DNA of 64,000 nucleotides, from positions 105,276,001 to 105,340,000 of the forward strand of contig OZ024745.1 in NCBI GenBank assembly GCA_964016885.1, read 5' to 3'. Below are positions 13,670 through 27,146 of this stretch, piece by piece. A model generated the notes under the pieces. It saw only the letters and a list, made by a program, of their open reading frames with translations, was not told the origin of the DNA and searched no databases. The translations under genes were made by a program, and so were the position numbers. Numbering within the stretch: the stretch's first letter is position 1; each line of letters starts with the position of its first letter. This DNA comes from Eledone cirrhosa. Its lineage: Eukaryota.

Positions 13670-13878
13670 TCCGAATTAATGTGGGAAAGACAGGTAAACA
13701 TGTTGTTGAAGTGTGTTCCACTATGTCAATACATCGATATTTCCAGCACCTGGACAGCTCCTCGGAGGACTACAATGAGTTATATATATATATATATATA
13801 TATATACATTTTTACACACACACACACAATGTATATATATATATATATATATATACATTTTTACACACACACACACAC

Positions 13879-13919
<41 letters not shown>

Positions 13920-14076
13920 ATACATATATATGTATGTGTATGTTAGTACGTAACGAAAAATATTTCAGACCAACTTAATCAATATCTCTATCATGTGGTA
14001 GAAATATATTCTAGACGCGTTGCAAGGAACAGAATGAAAATATACAAAAATTTACATAAATTAAATAGATGGAGAA

Positions 14077-14121
<45 letters not shown>

Positions 14122-14122
<1 letters not shown>

Positions 14123-16809
14123 TGAGGAAACTACTTGGTATAAAAGCGAGAGGAAACAACAGACAAGAAAGAGCAGAGCCGTGGTGGAAGAAGCGACTGA
14201 GTGGGCAAATCGGGGAAATGAGAAATGACATAGGAAAGCTTGAGTCACTACTGAATGGGACACTAAAAAACATAGGCACTAAAAATAGACTGGAAATAAA
14301 ATACAAAACTAGGAGTAAAAAGCTAAATATTATCATAGAGGAACTGAAGCAACGCATTGTAGCAAAGAGTGCAAAAATCAGGCGATACGAGAACAGAGTC
14401 AGTCAGTATAAACAGAACCGCATGTTCGACAACAACCAGAAGATGCTGTTTGGACAGCTTGAGGGGAAAGAAAGAGGCAACGACTTTATCCCTGGGGCGG
14501 AGCAAACTAAAACATTCTGGAGAGGAATATGGGAGCAGGATGTTAGACACAATGCCCAGGCAGGGTGGATTGAGACAGTACAGAGGGAGATCGGTGAGCA
14601 GGCACAACAACAAACTGAGTTGAGTATCACAGTTGAAACTCTTAAGGGGCAGGCCAAAAAACTAACCAACTGGAAATCACCAGGCCCAGATGGTGTGCAG
14701 GGGTATTGGATTAAACATTTAACATCCCTCCACCCGAAGCTGACGGCCATGTTCAATGACTGCTTGGTGTCGGGTGAGGTGCCAGAGTGGTTGACAAAAG
14801 GTACCACAGTTCTGATAATGAAAGACCGAATCAAGGGTAATGATGTTACCAACTATAGACCTATCACATGTCTGTCCGTAATGTGGAAACTGTTGACGAG
14901 CATTGTGTCTGAGGAAATCTACCATCACCTCCACACAAACAACTTGTTACCGGACGAACAGAAAGGATGCCGAAAGAAGTCACGTGGTACAAAGGACCAG
15001 TTGCTTATTGATAAGATGGTAATGGGGAATTGCAGGAGGAGACACACTGATCTTGCCATGGGATGGATAGACTACAGAAAGGCATTTGACATGGTGCCCC
15101 ATTCCTGGATCACCAAAAGCCTGGAGATCTTCAAGGTGGCAGATAACATCAGACAGTTGCTAGGCAGGAGTATGGGGTCCTGGGAGACAGAGTTGACATC
15201 AACTGGAGTATCCTTGGGAAGCGTGAAGATCAAGAGAGGTATCTTCCAGGGAGATAGCCTGTCCCCTCTGTTGTTTGTCCTTGCCCTGATGCCCTTGACC
15301 ATTATGCTGCGAAAAGTGAGAGCAGGATACAAGTTGGGAAGGGGAGAGCTTACCATCAATCACCTCCTCTTCATGGACGATCTTAAGCTCTTCGGGAAAA
15401 GTGAGAAGGAGTTGGATGTGCTTGTTGACACTCTCCGTATTTTCAGCAGTGATATATGTATGCAGTTTGGTATTGGTAAATGTGGAGTCATTGTGATGAT
15501 AAGGGGTAGGTTGAGCAGAAGTAACGGGATCCAGATACCAACAGGTGAGATGATAAAGGAAATTGACTCTGAGGAAGGATACAAGTATTTGGGCGTTCTG
15601 GAGGCTGATGGCATAAAGAACAAAACAATGAAGGAATTGTTAAGAACTGAATACATTCGGAGAGTAAGGAGCGTATTGAAGTCACATCTGAACAGCAGAA
15701 ATGCCATAAGCGCAGTAAATTCCCGAGCTGTGTCTATTATTAGGTACAGTGCGGGAATTCTGAGATGGAATGTTGCTGAACAAAAAGAAATGGATAGGAA
15801 GACTAGGAAGCTATTGACTATCTACAACATGTTCCACAAGAGGAGTGATGTCGATAGACTCTACCTAAGGAGATCTGAGGGTGGAAGAGGTCTTATCAGC
15901 ATAGAGGACTGTGTTCAGATGGAGAAAAACAACCTATACAAATACGTGACCTATAGTAAGGAGCCAATGCTCAGAACTGTACTGAAGGAGGGGACAGTAG
16001 GCCAGGGGATGTCCAAGGAGGAAATAACATCAAGGAGGAAGAGCAGCCTTAAGGGAAAATCCCTTCATAGTACCTTCTTTGTGAAAACTGAATTTAGAGA
16101 TCCACAGACATGGAACTGGTTGAGAAGAGGAGACCTCAAAAAGGCTACAGAAGGAATGCTAATGGCTGCGCAGGAGCAGGCCCTCAAAACGAAGTGGTTG
16201 AAGCATCACATTTACAAGGAGGAGGCTAGCCCACTGTGCAGGATCTGTGGAGAGAGAGAGGAGACTGTGGCTCACATTGTGTCCGAGTGTAAACACCTAG
16301 CCCAGACCCACTATAAGGGCTGGAGACACGATGTGATGGGCAGGGTGATCCACTGGCACCTGTGCAAAGTAAACAATTTACCACATTCTGAGAAATGGTA
16401 TGAGCATAGGCCAGAGGCGGTGATGGAGAACAATCAGGTGAAGGTGCTGTGGGATTTTAGGATACAGACGGACAAAAAACTGGAACACAATAGACCTGAC
16501 CTGGTTGTTGTGGACAAAGAAAAAAGATCGTGTCTGATTGTGGATGTGGCCTGCCCGTTCGACACGAGAGTGCAAGAGAAGGAGAGGGAGAAAATTAACC
16601 GATACCAGGACCTAAAGTGGGAGGTGAAAAGGATCTGGAACTGCCATGAAGTCAAAGTGATCCCGATTGTCATAGGCGCACTGGGGACTATCTCCAAAAG
16701 TTTCCAGGGATGGTTAAAGAAAATCGGCCCCTTCACGCTTTTTGGAACGCTTCAAAAGGCATGCTTGCTTGGAACAGCAAGAACCCTCCGATACGTCCTG
16801 AATATCTGA
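14122..16809 (+). CDS. Reverse transcriptase with CCHC zinc knuckle and restriction-like endonuclease (open 895-aa frame, no true start)
   Basis: KSPGPDG, NYRPITCL, WIDYRKAFDMV, GIFQGDSLSPLLF, HLLFMDD, YKYLG, CRICGEREETVAHIVSEC, RHD, RPDLV..IVDVACP..EKINRY. Confidence 0.92.
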
Positions 16810-16883
16810 GGCTGCAGGTAGTGGCTTGATATTCAATCCAATGGACTTTCCAGTTAACCAACATCAATGACTGAGATTCAAGG
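14122..16883 (+). mobile_element. Non-LTR retrotransposon, R4/Dong clade (RT + CCHC + RLE), 5'-truncated copy 1
   Basis: Flanked by (TAA)n at 14077-14121 and 16884-16919, with a ~75-nt 3' UTR after the ORF. Confidence 0.92.
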
Positions 16884-16919
16884 AATAACAACAATAATAA
16901 TAATAATAATAATAATAAT

Positions 16920-19900
16920 TTAGTGGTAGATGAATTGAACAATGATAGTGGGAGACCTATGAACCTAAGATTTGTAGACAGGAAAAAGTTAAAAGAAACA
17001 ACAGCTAAGGTAAACAAAGTCATCCCATAACTTGAGGCGAGGAGCCTTCACCAGTGCAACAATATCCTCAAAGCAACAGCAAATACGGTGAGGAAACTAC
17101 TTGGTATAAAAGCGAGAGGAAACAACAGACAAGAAAGAGCAGAGCCGTGGTGGAAGAAGCGACTGAGTGGGCAAATCGGGGAAATGAGAAATGACATAGG
17201 AAAGCTTGAGTCACTACTGAATGGGACACTAAAAAACATAGGCACTAAAAATAGACTGGAAATAAAATACAAAACTAGGAGTAAAAAGCTAAATATTATC
17301 ATAGAGGAATTGAAGCAACGCATTGTAGCAAAGAGTGCCAAAATCAGGCGATACGAGAACAGAGTCAGTCAGTATAAACAGAACCGCATGTTCGACAACA
17401 ACCAGAAGATGCTGTTTGGACAGCTTGAGGGGAAAGAAAGAGGCAACGACTTGATCCCTGGGGCGGAACAAGCTAAAACATTCTGGAGAGGAATATGGGA
17501 GCAGGATGTTAGACACAATGCCCAGGCAGGGTGGATTGAGACAGTACAGAGGGAGATCGGTGAGCAGGCACAACAACAGACTGATTTGAGTATCACAGTT
17601 GAAACTCTTAAGGGGCAAGCCAAAAAACTAACCAACTGGAAATCACCAGGCCCAGATGGTGTGCAGGGGTATTGGATTAAACATTTAACATCCCTCCACC
17701 CGAAGCTGACGGCCATGTTCAATGACTGCTTGGTGTCGGGTGAGGTGCCAGAGTGGTTGACAAAAGGTACCACAGTTCTGATAATGAAAGACCGAATCAA
17801 GGGTAATGATGTTACCAACTATAGACCTATCACATGTCTGCCCGTAATGTGGAAACTGTTGACGAGCATTGTGTCTGAGGAAATCTACCATCACTTCCAC
17901 ACAAACAACTTGCTACCGGACGAACAGAAAGGATGCCGAAAGAAGTCACGTGGTACAAAGGACCAGTTGCTTATTGATAAGATGGTAATGGGGAATTGCA
18001 GGAGGAGACACACTGATCTTGCCATGGGATGGATAGACTACAGAAAGGCATTTGACATGGTGCCTCATTCCTGGATCACCAAAAGCCTGGAGATCTTCAG
18101 GGTGGCTGATAACATCAGACAGTTGCTGGGCAGGAGTATGGGGTCCTGGGAGACAGAGTTGACATCAACTGGAGTATCCTTGGGAAGCGTGAAGATCAAG
18201 AGAGGTATCTTCCAGGGAGATAGCCTGTCCCCTCTGTTGTTTGTCCTTGCCCTGATGCCCTTGACCATTATGCTGCGAAAAGTGAGAGCAGGATACAAGT
18301 TGGGAAGGGGAGAGCTTACCATCAATCACCTCCTCTTCATGGACGATCTTAAGCTCTTCGGGAAAAGTGAGAAGGAGTTGGATGTGCTTGTTGACACTGT
18401 CCGTATTTTGGGAAGGGGAGAGCTTACCATCAATCACCTCCTCTTCATGGACGATCTTAAGCTCTTCGGGAAAAGTGAGAAGGAGTTGGATGTGCTTGTT
18501 GACACTGTCCGTATTTTCAGCAGTGATATATGTATGCAGTTTGGTATTGGTAAATGTGGAGTCATTGTGATGAAGAGGGGTAGGTTGAGCAGAAGTAACG
18601 GGATCCAGATACCAACAGGTGAGATGATAAAGGAAATTGACTCTGAGGAAGGATACAAGTATTTGGGCGTTCTGGAGGCTGATGGCATAAAGAACAAAAA
18701 AATGAAGGAATTGTTAAGAACTGAATACATTCGGAGAGTAAGGAGCGTATTGAAGTCACATCTGAACAGCAGAAATGCCATAAGCGCAGTAAATTCCCGA
18801 GCTGTGTCTATTATTAGGTACAGTGCGGGAATTCTGAGATGGAATGTTGCTGAACAAAAAGAAATGGATAGGAAGACTAGGAAGCTATTGACTATCTACA
18901 ACATGTTCCACAAGAGGAGTGATGTCGATAGACTCTACCTAAGGAGATCTGAGGGTGGAAGAGGTCTTATCAGCATAGAGGACTGTGTTCAGATGGAGAA
19001 AAACAACCTATACAAATACGTGACCTATAGTAAGGAGCCAATGCTCAGAACTGTACTGAAGGAGGGGACAGTAGGCCAGTGGATGTCCAAGGAGGAAATA
19101 ACATCAAGGAGGAAGAGCAGCCTTAAGGGAAAATCCCTTCATAGTACCTTCTTTGAGAAAACTGAATTTAGAGATCCACAGACATGGAACTGGTTGAGAA
19201 GAGGAGACCTCAAAAAGGCTACAGAAGGAATGCTAATGGCTGCGCAGGAGCAGGCCCTCAAAACGAAGTGGTTGAAGCACCATATCTACAAGGAGGAGGC
19301 TAGCCCACTGTGCAGGATCTGTGGAGAGAGAGAGGAGACTGTGGATCACATTGTGTCCGAGTGTAAACACCTAGCCCAGACCCACTATAAGGGCTGGGGA
19401 CACGATGTGATGGGCAGGGTGATCCACTGGCACCTGTGCAAAGTAAACAATCTACCACATTCTGAGAAATGGTATGAGCATAGTCCAGAGGCGGTGATGG
19501 AGAACAGTCAGGTGAAGGTGCTGTGGGATTTTAGGATACAGACGGACAAAAAACTGGAACACAATAGACCTGACCTGGTGGTTGTGGACAAAGAAAAAAG
19601 ATCGTGCCTGATTGTGGATGTGGCCTGCCCGTTCGACACGAGAGTGCAAGAGAAGGAGAGGGAGAAAATTAACCGATACCAGGACCTAAAGTGGGAGGTG
19701 AAAAGGATTTGGAACTGCCTTGAAGTCAAAGTGATCCCGATTGTCATAGGCGCACTGGGGACTATCTCAAAAGGTTTCCAGGGATGGTTAAAGAAAATCG
19801 GCCCCTTCACGCTTTTTGGAACGCTTCAAAAGGCATGCTTGCTTGGAACAGCAAGAACCCTCCGATACGTCCTGAATATCTGAGGCTGCAGGTAGTGGCT

Positions 19901-19957
19901 TGATATTCAATCCAACGGACTTTCCAGTTAACCAACATCAATGACTGAGATTCAAGG
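16920..19957 (+). mobile_element. R4/Dong LINE, 5'-truncated copy 2 (tandem)
   Basis: Near-identical to copy 1 but extends ~167 bp further 5' and ends in (TAA)n at 19958-19999. Confidence 0.92.
17088..19883 (+). CDS. RT-RLE polyprotein copy 2 with an in-frame 36-aa duplication of the FMDD region
   Basis: Same motifs as copy 1. LGRGELTINHLLFMDD..TVRI is present twice and RHD is changed to GHD. The upstream in-frame extension contains one stop (VIP*LEAR). Confidence 0.88.
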   Translation: MRKLLGIKARGNNRQERAEPWWKKRLSGQIGEMRNDIGKLESLLNGTLKNIGTKNRLEIKYKTRSKKLNIIIEELKQRIVAKSAKIRRYENRVSQYKQNRMFDNNQKMLFGQLEGKERGNDLIPGAEQAKTFWRGIWEQDVRHNAQAGWIETVQREIGEQAQQQTDLSITVETLKGQAKKLTNWKSPGPDGVQGYWIKHLTSLHPKLTAMFNDCLVSGEVPEWLTKGTTVLIMKDRIKGNDVTNYRPITCLPVMWKLLTSIVSEEIYHHFHTNNLLPDEQKGCRKKSRGTKDQLLIDKMVMGNCRRRHTDLAMGWIDYRKAFDMVPHSWITKSLEIFRVADNIRQLLGRSMGSWETELTSTGVSLGSVKIKRGIFQGDSLSPLLFVLALMPLTIMLRKVRAGYKLGRGELTINHLLFMDDLKLFGKSEKELDVLVDTVRILGRGELTINHLLFMDDLKLFGKSEKELDVLVDTVRIFSSDICMQFGIGKCGVIVMKRGRLSRSNGIQIPTGEMIKEIDSEEGYKYLGVLEADGIKNKKMKELLRTEYIRRVRSVLKSHLNSRNAISAVNSRAVSIIRYSAGILRWNVAEQKEMDRKTRKLLTIYNMFHKRSDVDRLYLRRSEGGRGLISIEDCVQMEKNNLYKYVTYSKEPMLRTVLKEGTVGQWMSKEEITSRRKSSLKGKSLHSTFFEKTEFRDPQTWNWLRRGDLKKATEGMLMAAQEQALKTKWLKHHIYKEEASPLCRICGEREETVDHIVSECKHLAQTHYKGWGHDVMGRVIHWHLCKVNNLPHSEKWYEHSPEAVMENSQVKVLWDFRIQTDKKLEHNRPDLVVVDKEKRSCLIVDVACPFDTRVQEKEREKINRYQDLKWEVKRIWNCLEVKVIPIVIGALGTISKGFQGWLKKIGPFTLFGTLQKACLLGTARTLRYVLNI

Positions 19958-19969
19958 AATAACAATAAC

Positions 19970-19999
<30 letters not shown>

Positions 20000-20001
<2 letters not shown>

Positions 20002-21275
20002 TTTCATTTATTGGCCACAAGGGCCGATATATAGGGGACAATACAAAAGACTGGGACAGTGGGGTTTTACAGAAAAATCGAGTAAACAATATGAATAAAC
20101 AAAGTAACAATAACAAAGTAACAATAAAGTAACAATAAAATTACAACAAGAAAAAAATTCCCCAATAGGGGGCGGGGGATGATCACCTCGGGTTCGCTCA
20201 GGTACCCCACCAGTCCTGAACGACCCGACGCTTCGAGAGCACTCTGGAAGGGCACCCCTCTCCTCTTCAAATTTACCTACCTACAGCCGCATGACCAGAG
20301 TAGGCCCACTCACACGGGCCATTCTCGCCACATTCACCCACCTTTCAGCAAATGTACTGGGGGCAGCACTTCTCTCTCCACCCTCACCTTCCTTTCCAAG
20401 TGAAACTTGAAAAAGTTGATGAGGCATTGGCCGAAGAGAAAAGTGTCCGTCTTCAGTCCTTTCAACCTCGTCCACCATACAACCTCTTTCGCTACTGCCA
20501 CCAGGCAGAGGAAAATTGCCTGCCCTTCCTGGCCAAAAGAAGGCGGCGGGTCGATCTTCACTATGGACTCGGCCGATAGCCGGATCCGTTCTACACGCGA
20601 CAACAGCTGTTCAACATAACTCCACAAGTCAGTAATGCACGGACACTGGACGAGTGCGTACAGAACGGTTTCGTCGCTCTGCGCGCATCTCGGGCAGGTC
20701 CGTCTGACAGCACTTCCGTGCCTGTAGAGTTTATCTCGAACCGGCAGTGCCCCCCGGTAGCACTGCCAAGCGAGGGATTTTGGGAAATTATCCATCGTAC
20801 CCGGTTCGAAAGTCCTCCGGTACAGACTGGTTAGTTCAACTTCGTTGACTCCCAGAGCCTCTCCGAGTGCGTCGTCGCACTTGCCTACCACTAATCCTCT
20901 ATAGAACTCGAGAGTGGAAGTTCCACTGACCAGATTGCTCGCCTGGTAGAGGGCAGTGAGTGCCTGGCAACATTCCAGATGCCAGTCACCCAGTCTCGGT
21001 CTCTTCTTGACCCAGGACTGCAGCTCAGTCAAAGAAATGAGCTGCGGAAAGGCCCGTCTGACAAACGGCGACCACACCTGTTCACCGTTTAGGCAGAATA
21101 TCTGGAGATGCCGCAGCCTCAGCGCGTGCCTGCGCATCATTAGCCACGGCATGCCCAGCCCTCCACGTAGAGGGTGCTGGCAGCAGATGGATCGTCTCAC
21201 CAGCGGAACCTGACCCCTCCACAAGAATTTGAAGAGGAGCCGCTCCAAGATGGCGAGGCGCGAACGGGGGGGGGG
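20000..21275 (-). mobile_element. L1/Tx1-like LINE 3' fragment (zf-RVT region) ending in (ATT)n
   Basis: LFKFLWRG..HPLRGGLGMP..WQCYRGALPVRDKLYRHG..CPRCAQSDETVLYALVQCP, with a frameshift near the end. The 3' end is CCCTTGTGGCCAATAAATGAAATCATTATT. Confidence 0.82.
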
Positions 21276-21309
21276 ACTATATATATATAAAGGTTTACAT
21301 ATATATATA

Positions 21310-21500
21310 TATAAAGTCATAGATATATATGTGTTTTGCAACGGGTCACTTTGTGCCTCAATGAAGAATTAATAAATTAAATAATCAGAGCTATATATCA
21401 TAAAACATGTCTATAGAATCACCAGATAAAATATATACCGTTTCCTCTCCCAATTAGCATAATTAACCGGTGATTCTATAGACATGTTTTATGATATATA
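21310..21500. repeat. PLE-terminus-like cassette with inverted repeat (21393-21500)
   Basis: Homologous to 55199-55600. Contains only a GAAAC half-motif. Confidence 0.6.
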
Positions 21501-22925
21501 TATATATATAAGCATACATTTTTAATGGATTTTCTTCGTTAAAAAAAAAAAAAAATACAATGTGTAATACAGAACTCAATACTAATTTAATAGAGTATAA
21601 GAAATCTATTAATCTTCTATTGAAAATGGAATCAATTGTTTCACATAAACAGCGTCTCAAAGTATTGGAAAAATGTAGTCTTGCTGTGAGTATTTTAGCT
21701 GTGAACCTATCACAGTCACCCCAACAACCAAAGTAAGAGCAGTCACGCTATTTATCTAATACAAAATTAGCGAAATGATAAAGTTGTTTTCTGAGTTTAA
21801 ATCTCGCCAAAGTTAACTTTGCTATTCATCCTTTCGATGTCGATAAATAAATTAGTAATATTGGAGTTCATTTTTTATTTATCTCTCTATCTCGTTTTCT
21901 TTCTACCACTTTTTCTTTGCTCTTTCTCTGGAAAAAAAAATTAGCTATGTCCAGACCTACAGCGTAAAGGGCTCCGCTAGGTTTAAATGTCTAAGACTCG
22001 TTGTATGTCACGACTGCACTCATACGACTCCATAAAGAGTTTGAGTAATATGATTGCTGTTGTACCTATTATGTGTGTCTGTGAAACATATATATATATA
22101 CACCAGGTCCGAACACAAAAGAACCAAACTCCCACCATCACTGCTTCCGCCTCTCCCGCATTCACCATCTCTCGCTATTGTGGGCAAATGGGGACCCAAG
22201 CGCTAGCCACTCCGCGGCCTCGGCGGACAGGATAGAGAAGGCGTTTCCTGGAAGGATGGTGGAGAAAACCCGCTGGAAGAGCCATTCCAGCTCGCGAGGC
22301 CCCACACCTGCGGGTAATCAACTCTGTGCCGATGGTGGTGAGCAGGGCAGTGGCCCAAGAACCAAGGATACCAGAAGTTTCCTCTACGACGGGCTCGGCC
22401 GCAAACCTGCAGGAGGGCGATCGATTATACTCATACAAATATATGAAGTAAAAGGTGTAACAAATAGCGAGTAGCATTTTTAGAAAAAGTATCAAGGAAT
22501 TCATGTAGTTAGAAAAGATAAATAACGAAATACATGAAAAATATTAATAGATAAGTGAATATTTTAAACGTAGTGTGACTTGGGGAATGAATGTGAAATG
22601 TAGGAAATATAGAATGGAAGGTTAAAAATAGCTAATCTTTTAATCGGTTGGCAAATGAATTAAATCTAAAGTTATTGAAAATAGCAATCTGTTGGGAGTT
22701 GACAGAAATTAGAGGGAGATAATTTGAAATAATATATTTATACATTCAAATATCACACAAATAAAAGAATATTTTCTATGAAGCTAAACAGGTTACGGGG
22801 TTAAATTATTAGGGTTGAATGATATGCATTAGCCGATAGGAGAATAAAATTATCAAACGTTAATTTAAAGTTAAATATATTCGGAGCTACTGGTCATGAA
22901 AGCATAAACACACTCACACATACAT

Positions 22926-23031
<106 letters not shown>

Positions 23032-23172
23032 ACGAGCGCGCGCGCGCACACACACACACATATATATATACATGCACATACGCGCACACAAACATGCGTA
23101 GTTATGTATATATAAACCGACATGCACACACGTATATATCGTTTACTGTGTTTCTTACTATATATTATATAC

Positions 23173-23434
<262 letters not shown>

Positions 23435-24291
23435 AATATATAAACAAGAATGCATATATAGAAAGGTCGGAACGAATGAAATATGTTTATAAAAAATAAT
23501 GATTAAAACTAATTTAATCAACTGTTTTATAACCCTTTAGGAATCAGAGGGATCCATCAAATAATGAACAGCTTGACTCCTTTGCAAACTGACCTACTTG
23601 CACCCCGTACTACCCCCATAGATCATAGTACCAGCTGCAGCGTTCCTGCAGCATATACTTGCCTGAAACCTAAAGGTCAATATTTCTTCGATGGCAAGTA
23701 TATGAAAAACAAAACTTTATTTTATTTCCATTTAATTACTTGTCTGACACAACGCATCGGATAAATGTTTCACAACAACTTTTTCGTGCCTTGAAAATGT
23801 ACATAATGGGTATGATGTAATGAAATAACCTGAAGTTGAATATGCAATATCATCCTTCTTCCTTTTTTTATTATTGATACTCCACTTGATACTTAACCTA
23901 TGGTACCTACGATAAGGAGAGATAACGCCTGATCGCACCATAGTTGGTCGATTGCTTATGAGAAACATATATTAATGATATTATTGAAGAAAGCAAGCTA
24001 TACTAAATTAGATTTCAACTTAATTTGTGGAGTAGAATACAAGAACCTTACGGAATATTCTTGAGAAATGAGAATATATGCCTAGCGAACCTAACATTAA
24101 GGATCGTAAACACTGCGAAAGGAAAGAAGAAAATAGTCTTAGAAGCAAAACCATTATGGATATCTTTAAAAGTATGTTCGAGAATTTCCTTATTCTACGC
24201 CAGTGAAAAAATATTTTGACCTTAATAGAAGGATATAAAAACATAAAAAACTACGAAATATCTTAGTCTAGTATTATTACTGCTGATGTTA

Positions 24292-24678
24292 GGGCGGTGG
24301 ATTGGCAGTTTCGGTAGAGCGTCAGACGCTATGCTTTGCAGCATAGAGTTATGGCCCTTTACCTTCTGGGTTCAAATCCCGCCGAGGTTAGCTTTGCCTT
24401 TCATCGTTACGAGGTCGATAAAAATATGTAATGCACTGGAGTAATTGCTGGCCTTATGCCAAAAGTAGAAACAATTATTACTGCTGTTGTTTAACCACAG
24501 GTCAATTCCGATCAAGTAAATATATGATAAACAGCATGTCAGCCGTGACGATCTTTGTCTTTTTGTTTCATATCTACAACTTTTACTTTGCCTTTCATCC
24601 TTACGGGGTCGATAAAATAAAGTACCAGTAATGTACTGGGATAATTGCTGGCCTTGTGCCAAAAGTAGAAACAATTAT
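24292..24678 (+). mobile_element. Two tRNA-SINE copies (full 24292-24478; 3' half 24583-24678)
   Basis: Match to the family consensus. Confidence 0.8.
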
Positions 24679-27146
24679 TTAATATGAGCTTCCCATTTTT
24701 TTAAAGTGAATTTAGCTGCCATTACTAGGAGGACAATAAACCACATAGAAACCCCATTTTTGTTTAGTGTAGCTTGATAATATCGATTTCAGCAACGAGT
24801 TTCAAGGATTTTAGAAGGCGTCATAATTTGGTAGTATGACTGCTGCTATAAGCAAAGATGAGCTTATAATTATGAATGATATGAAGGTTCGCAGCTGCAA
24901 CATTTTTGGTCATAGACCTGCTCGATCAATGTTGATCTGGAGTTAAACAAGAATAACAGTATCATTATTACTTGTTTAATGTTAGTATTAATAGCGTTGA
25001 CGAAAATAAGGTGTGAGCTCTTGGGTATATAAATGATCGATATAGTAGAAAGTAATTCCTACGTTTTGCACATATGAACAATAGAGCACATATGTGTAAT
25101 GTCTAAAAACAATTATCTGAAAAAGAATGATGTCCGTTATACTTGTAAACCGTTTCGACTGGTAACGTTTATGCAGTTGATATTTAACCTGCACGTCAGT
25201 TTGTATCTGTAGAGAAAATAAGACATCGATAGAATACCAGTGGGGTACATTGTTAGGGAGTATGAGTCAAACAATATATTTTGTACTAGATTTGAAGGAG
25301 GGTCACGACCAATAAAGGTAACGAGATGAAGAGAGGTGAGTGAAAGTGGTAGGACAGGCTAGATGGTGTTTAGCTTGCTATTGTAGAGAGGTACAGACGT
25401 TATAGTAAGGATAGACGAGGAAAAGAGAGAGGTTAGAGAACCTCTGTAAGCTGTGGGTTGTAGTGTGGCAGGTAGTAAGAATGTTTCCATGTGAAGTGGT
25501 TGCCATTGAGTTGTTGAGGAAAACTATGCCATGTTTCCAATGGAAGATATTTTTATGTTTTTGTTTACAGAACTCATTCAACTCAGGTGTGGGGCTGATT
25601 GAGTTGCGTATGTATGACACATATGTGGGGAAAGGTAAAGAGGAATGAAAGGTGATATAACATAAGAGTGAGGGCAGCTATAGGTTTGCTCGATCATGGC
25701 TGACCGGAGGGCTAACATACAATAGCAATGACCTCATCAAGTTATGTCTACTTGATCAAAGGTGACCTAGAGATAATTCTCACCATCACTAACACCAATA
25801 GCGATGCGATAAGAACGGTAACAACAGTAACAACAACAACAACAACAGTAATAACAAACAAACAAAACACTCCATATTCATTTATATAAAAAATAAGTAA
25901 ATCTCATATTGATCTCACCGTGCTCTGGGAATGAATATCTGTAATTCTACTTAAACATTTCCCCACTGTTCATAAGTATCATGAAATATATAAACCATAT
26001 AACCATATATCATGAACTCTGTAATAAAATGAACGCAATGGTCATGTTCAGTTGTATTCCCAGTGTGGGGAAGATTACGAAAAACATAACCGGTTATTCA
26101 GACATTCAACTGCATCGGACTCTAAATATAATTGTAAGAAATTGAAGTAAACCACGAGGCGAACAGTTATAGAGGAAGATTATGTGTTGTTCTACCAAAA
26201 TCGAGCTATTTTAAAAAATAAAGCCACACAGAAATTACAAAAAATAGTTTGAAAATTCGTTATTTACAACACGCTAATTATTTCAAGAACATAGAAAAGT
26301 CATGACTTTATCAACACACATTTATTCGTGGAAAAAGAAGAATGAAAATAAGCAATACTATCAAATTGTATACAGTGTTAGCCAAGAAATGAAACAATGT
26401 ATAGCCAATAAATGTTGTAACTTGGCACAAATTGATATACATCACAGGAAACAAATGTTAAACTCAAAACGTTGATACGATGCACAAACAATCGTAACTA
26501 TAAAATTTTAATGTGTTATAGCCTGTCAAACCATGTCTCTGCTGTCACGACAAAACAGACATTAATCTAGACGATGTAATCATAGAAGTGGACAAAGACA
26601 TATGGGACAAAAGATATTGTCCGTTATTGTTTTCAAGATCCATATAAAGTAACCAGCAAATTTTACAAAAATGAGCGGTGTGTGTGTGTGAGTGTGTGTC
26701 AAATTCGTATAGGCATAAGATCATAGCACGAAACTAGCTTCTGATTCGTCTGGATACTTAGGAATTAAATAATTCACTCAGATGAACTAAAATTGTACTG
26801 CTCCTGTTCATTTACGTCTATGGTGTAATATATAGCTCCTGGAATATATTTAAGCGTCTCGAACTTATTTTCCCCAATAGAGCAATTCCAAGTTATTTTT
26901 CGTTACAGTCATTATTGTTCATTGTTGCTTTGTCTATTCCTGGTCCAATTATATGCCAACAGCTTGTGACTTCAACCACTGTTATATATTGTGCAACCAA
27001 ATTAGTAAGCGTCATACAATTGATTAGAGGGTAACGATGTGATTAGTCACTGAAATTATATCTTAACTAGGTTCAAGTTATATTTAATATACATGGAAAC
27101 ACACACACACGCGCACACACACATACACACATGTATATATATACAT

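Noticed and set aside
14122-16809. Bacterial retron, group II intron or defence RT
   Set aside because: The domain order RT-CCHC-RLE, (TAA)n flanks and 5' truncation identify a eukaryotic R4/Dong LINE.
14323-19810. Antisense ORFs within the LINE copies
   Set aside because: They are shadow frames of the RT ORF and are duplicated only because the element is.
22100-22432. GC-rich patch with short ORFs
   Set aside because: No recognisable motif. It is probably a TE fragment between TA runs and cannot be assigned.
24292-24385. tRNA genes (A and B boxes)
   Set aside because: These are SINE heads with no complete cloverleaf, always fused to the SINE body and tail.
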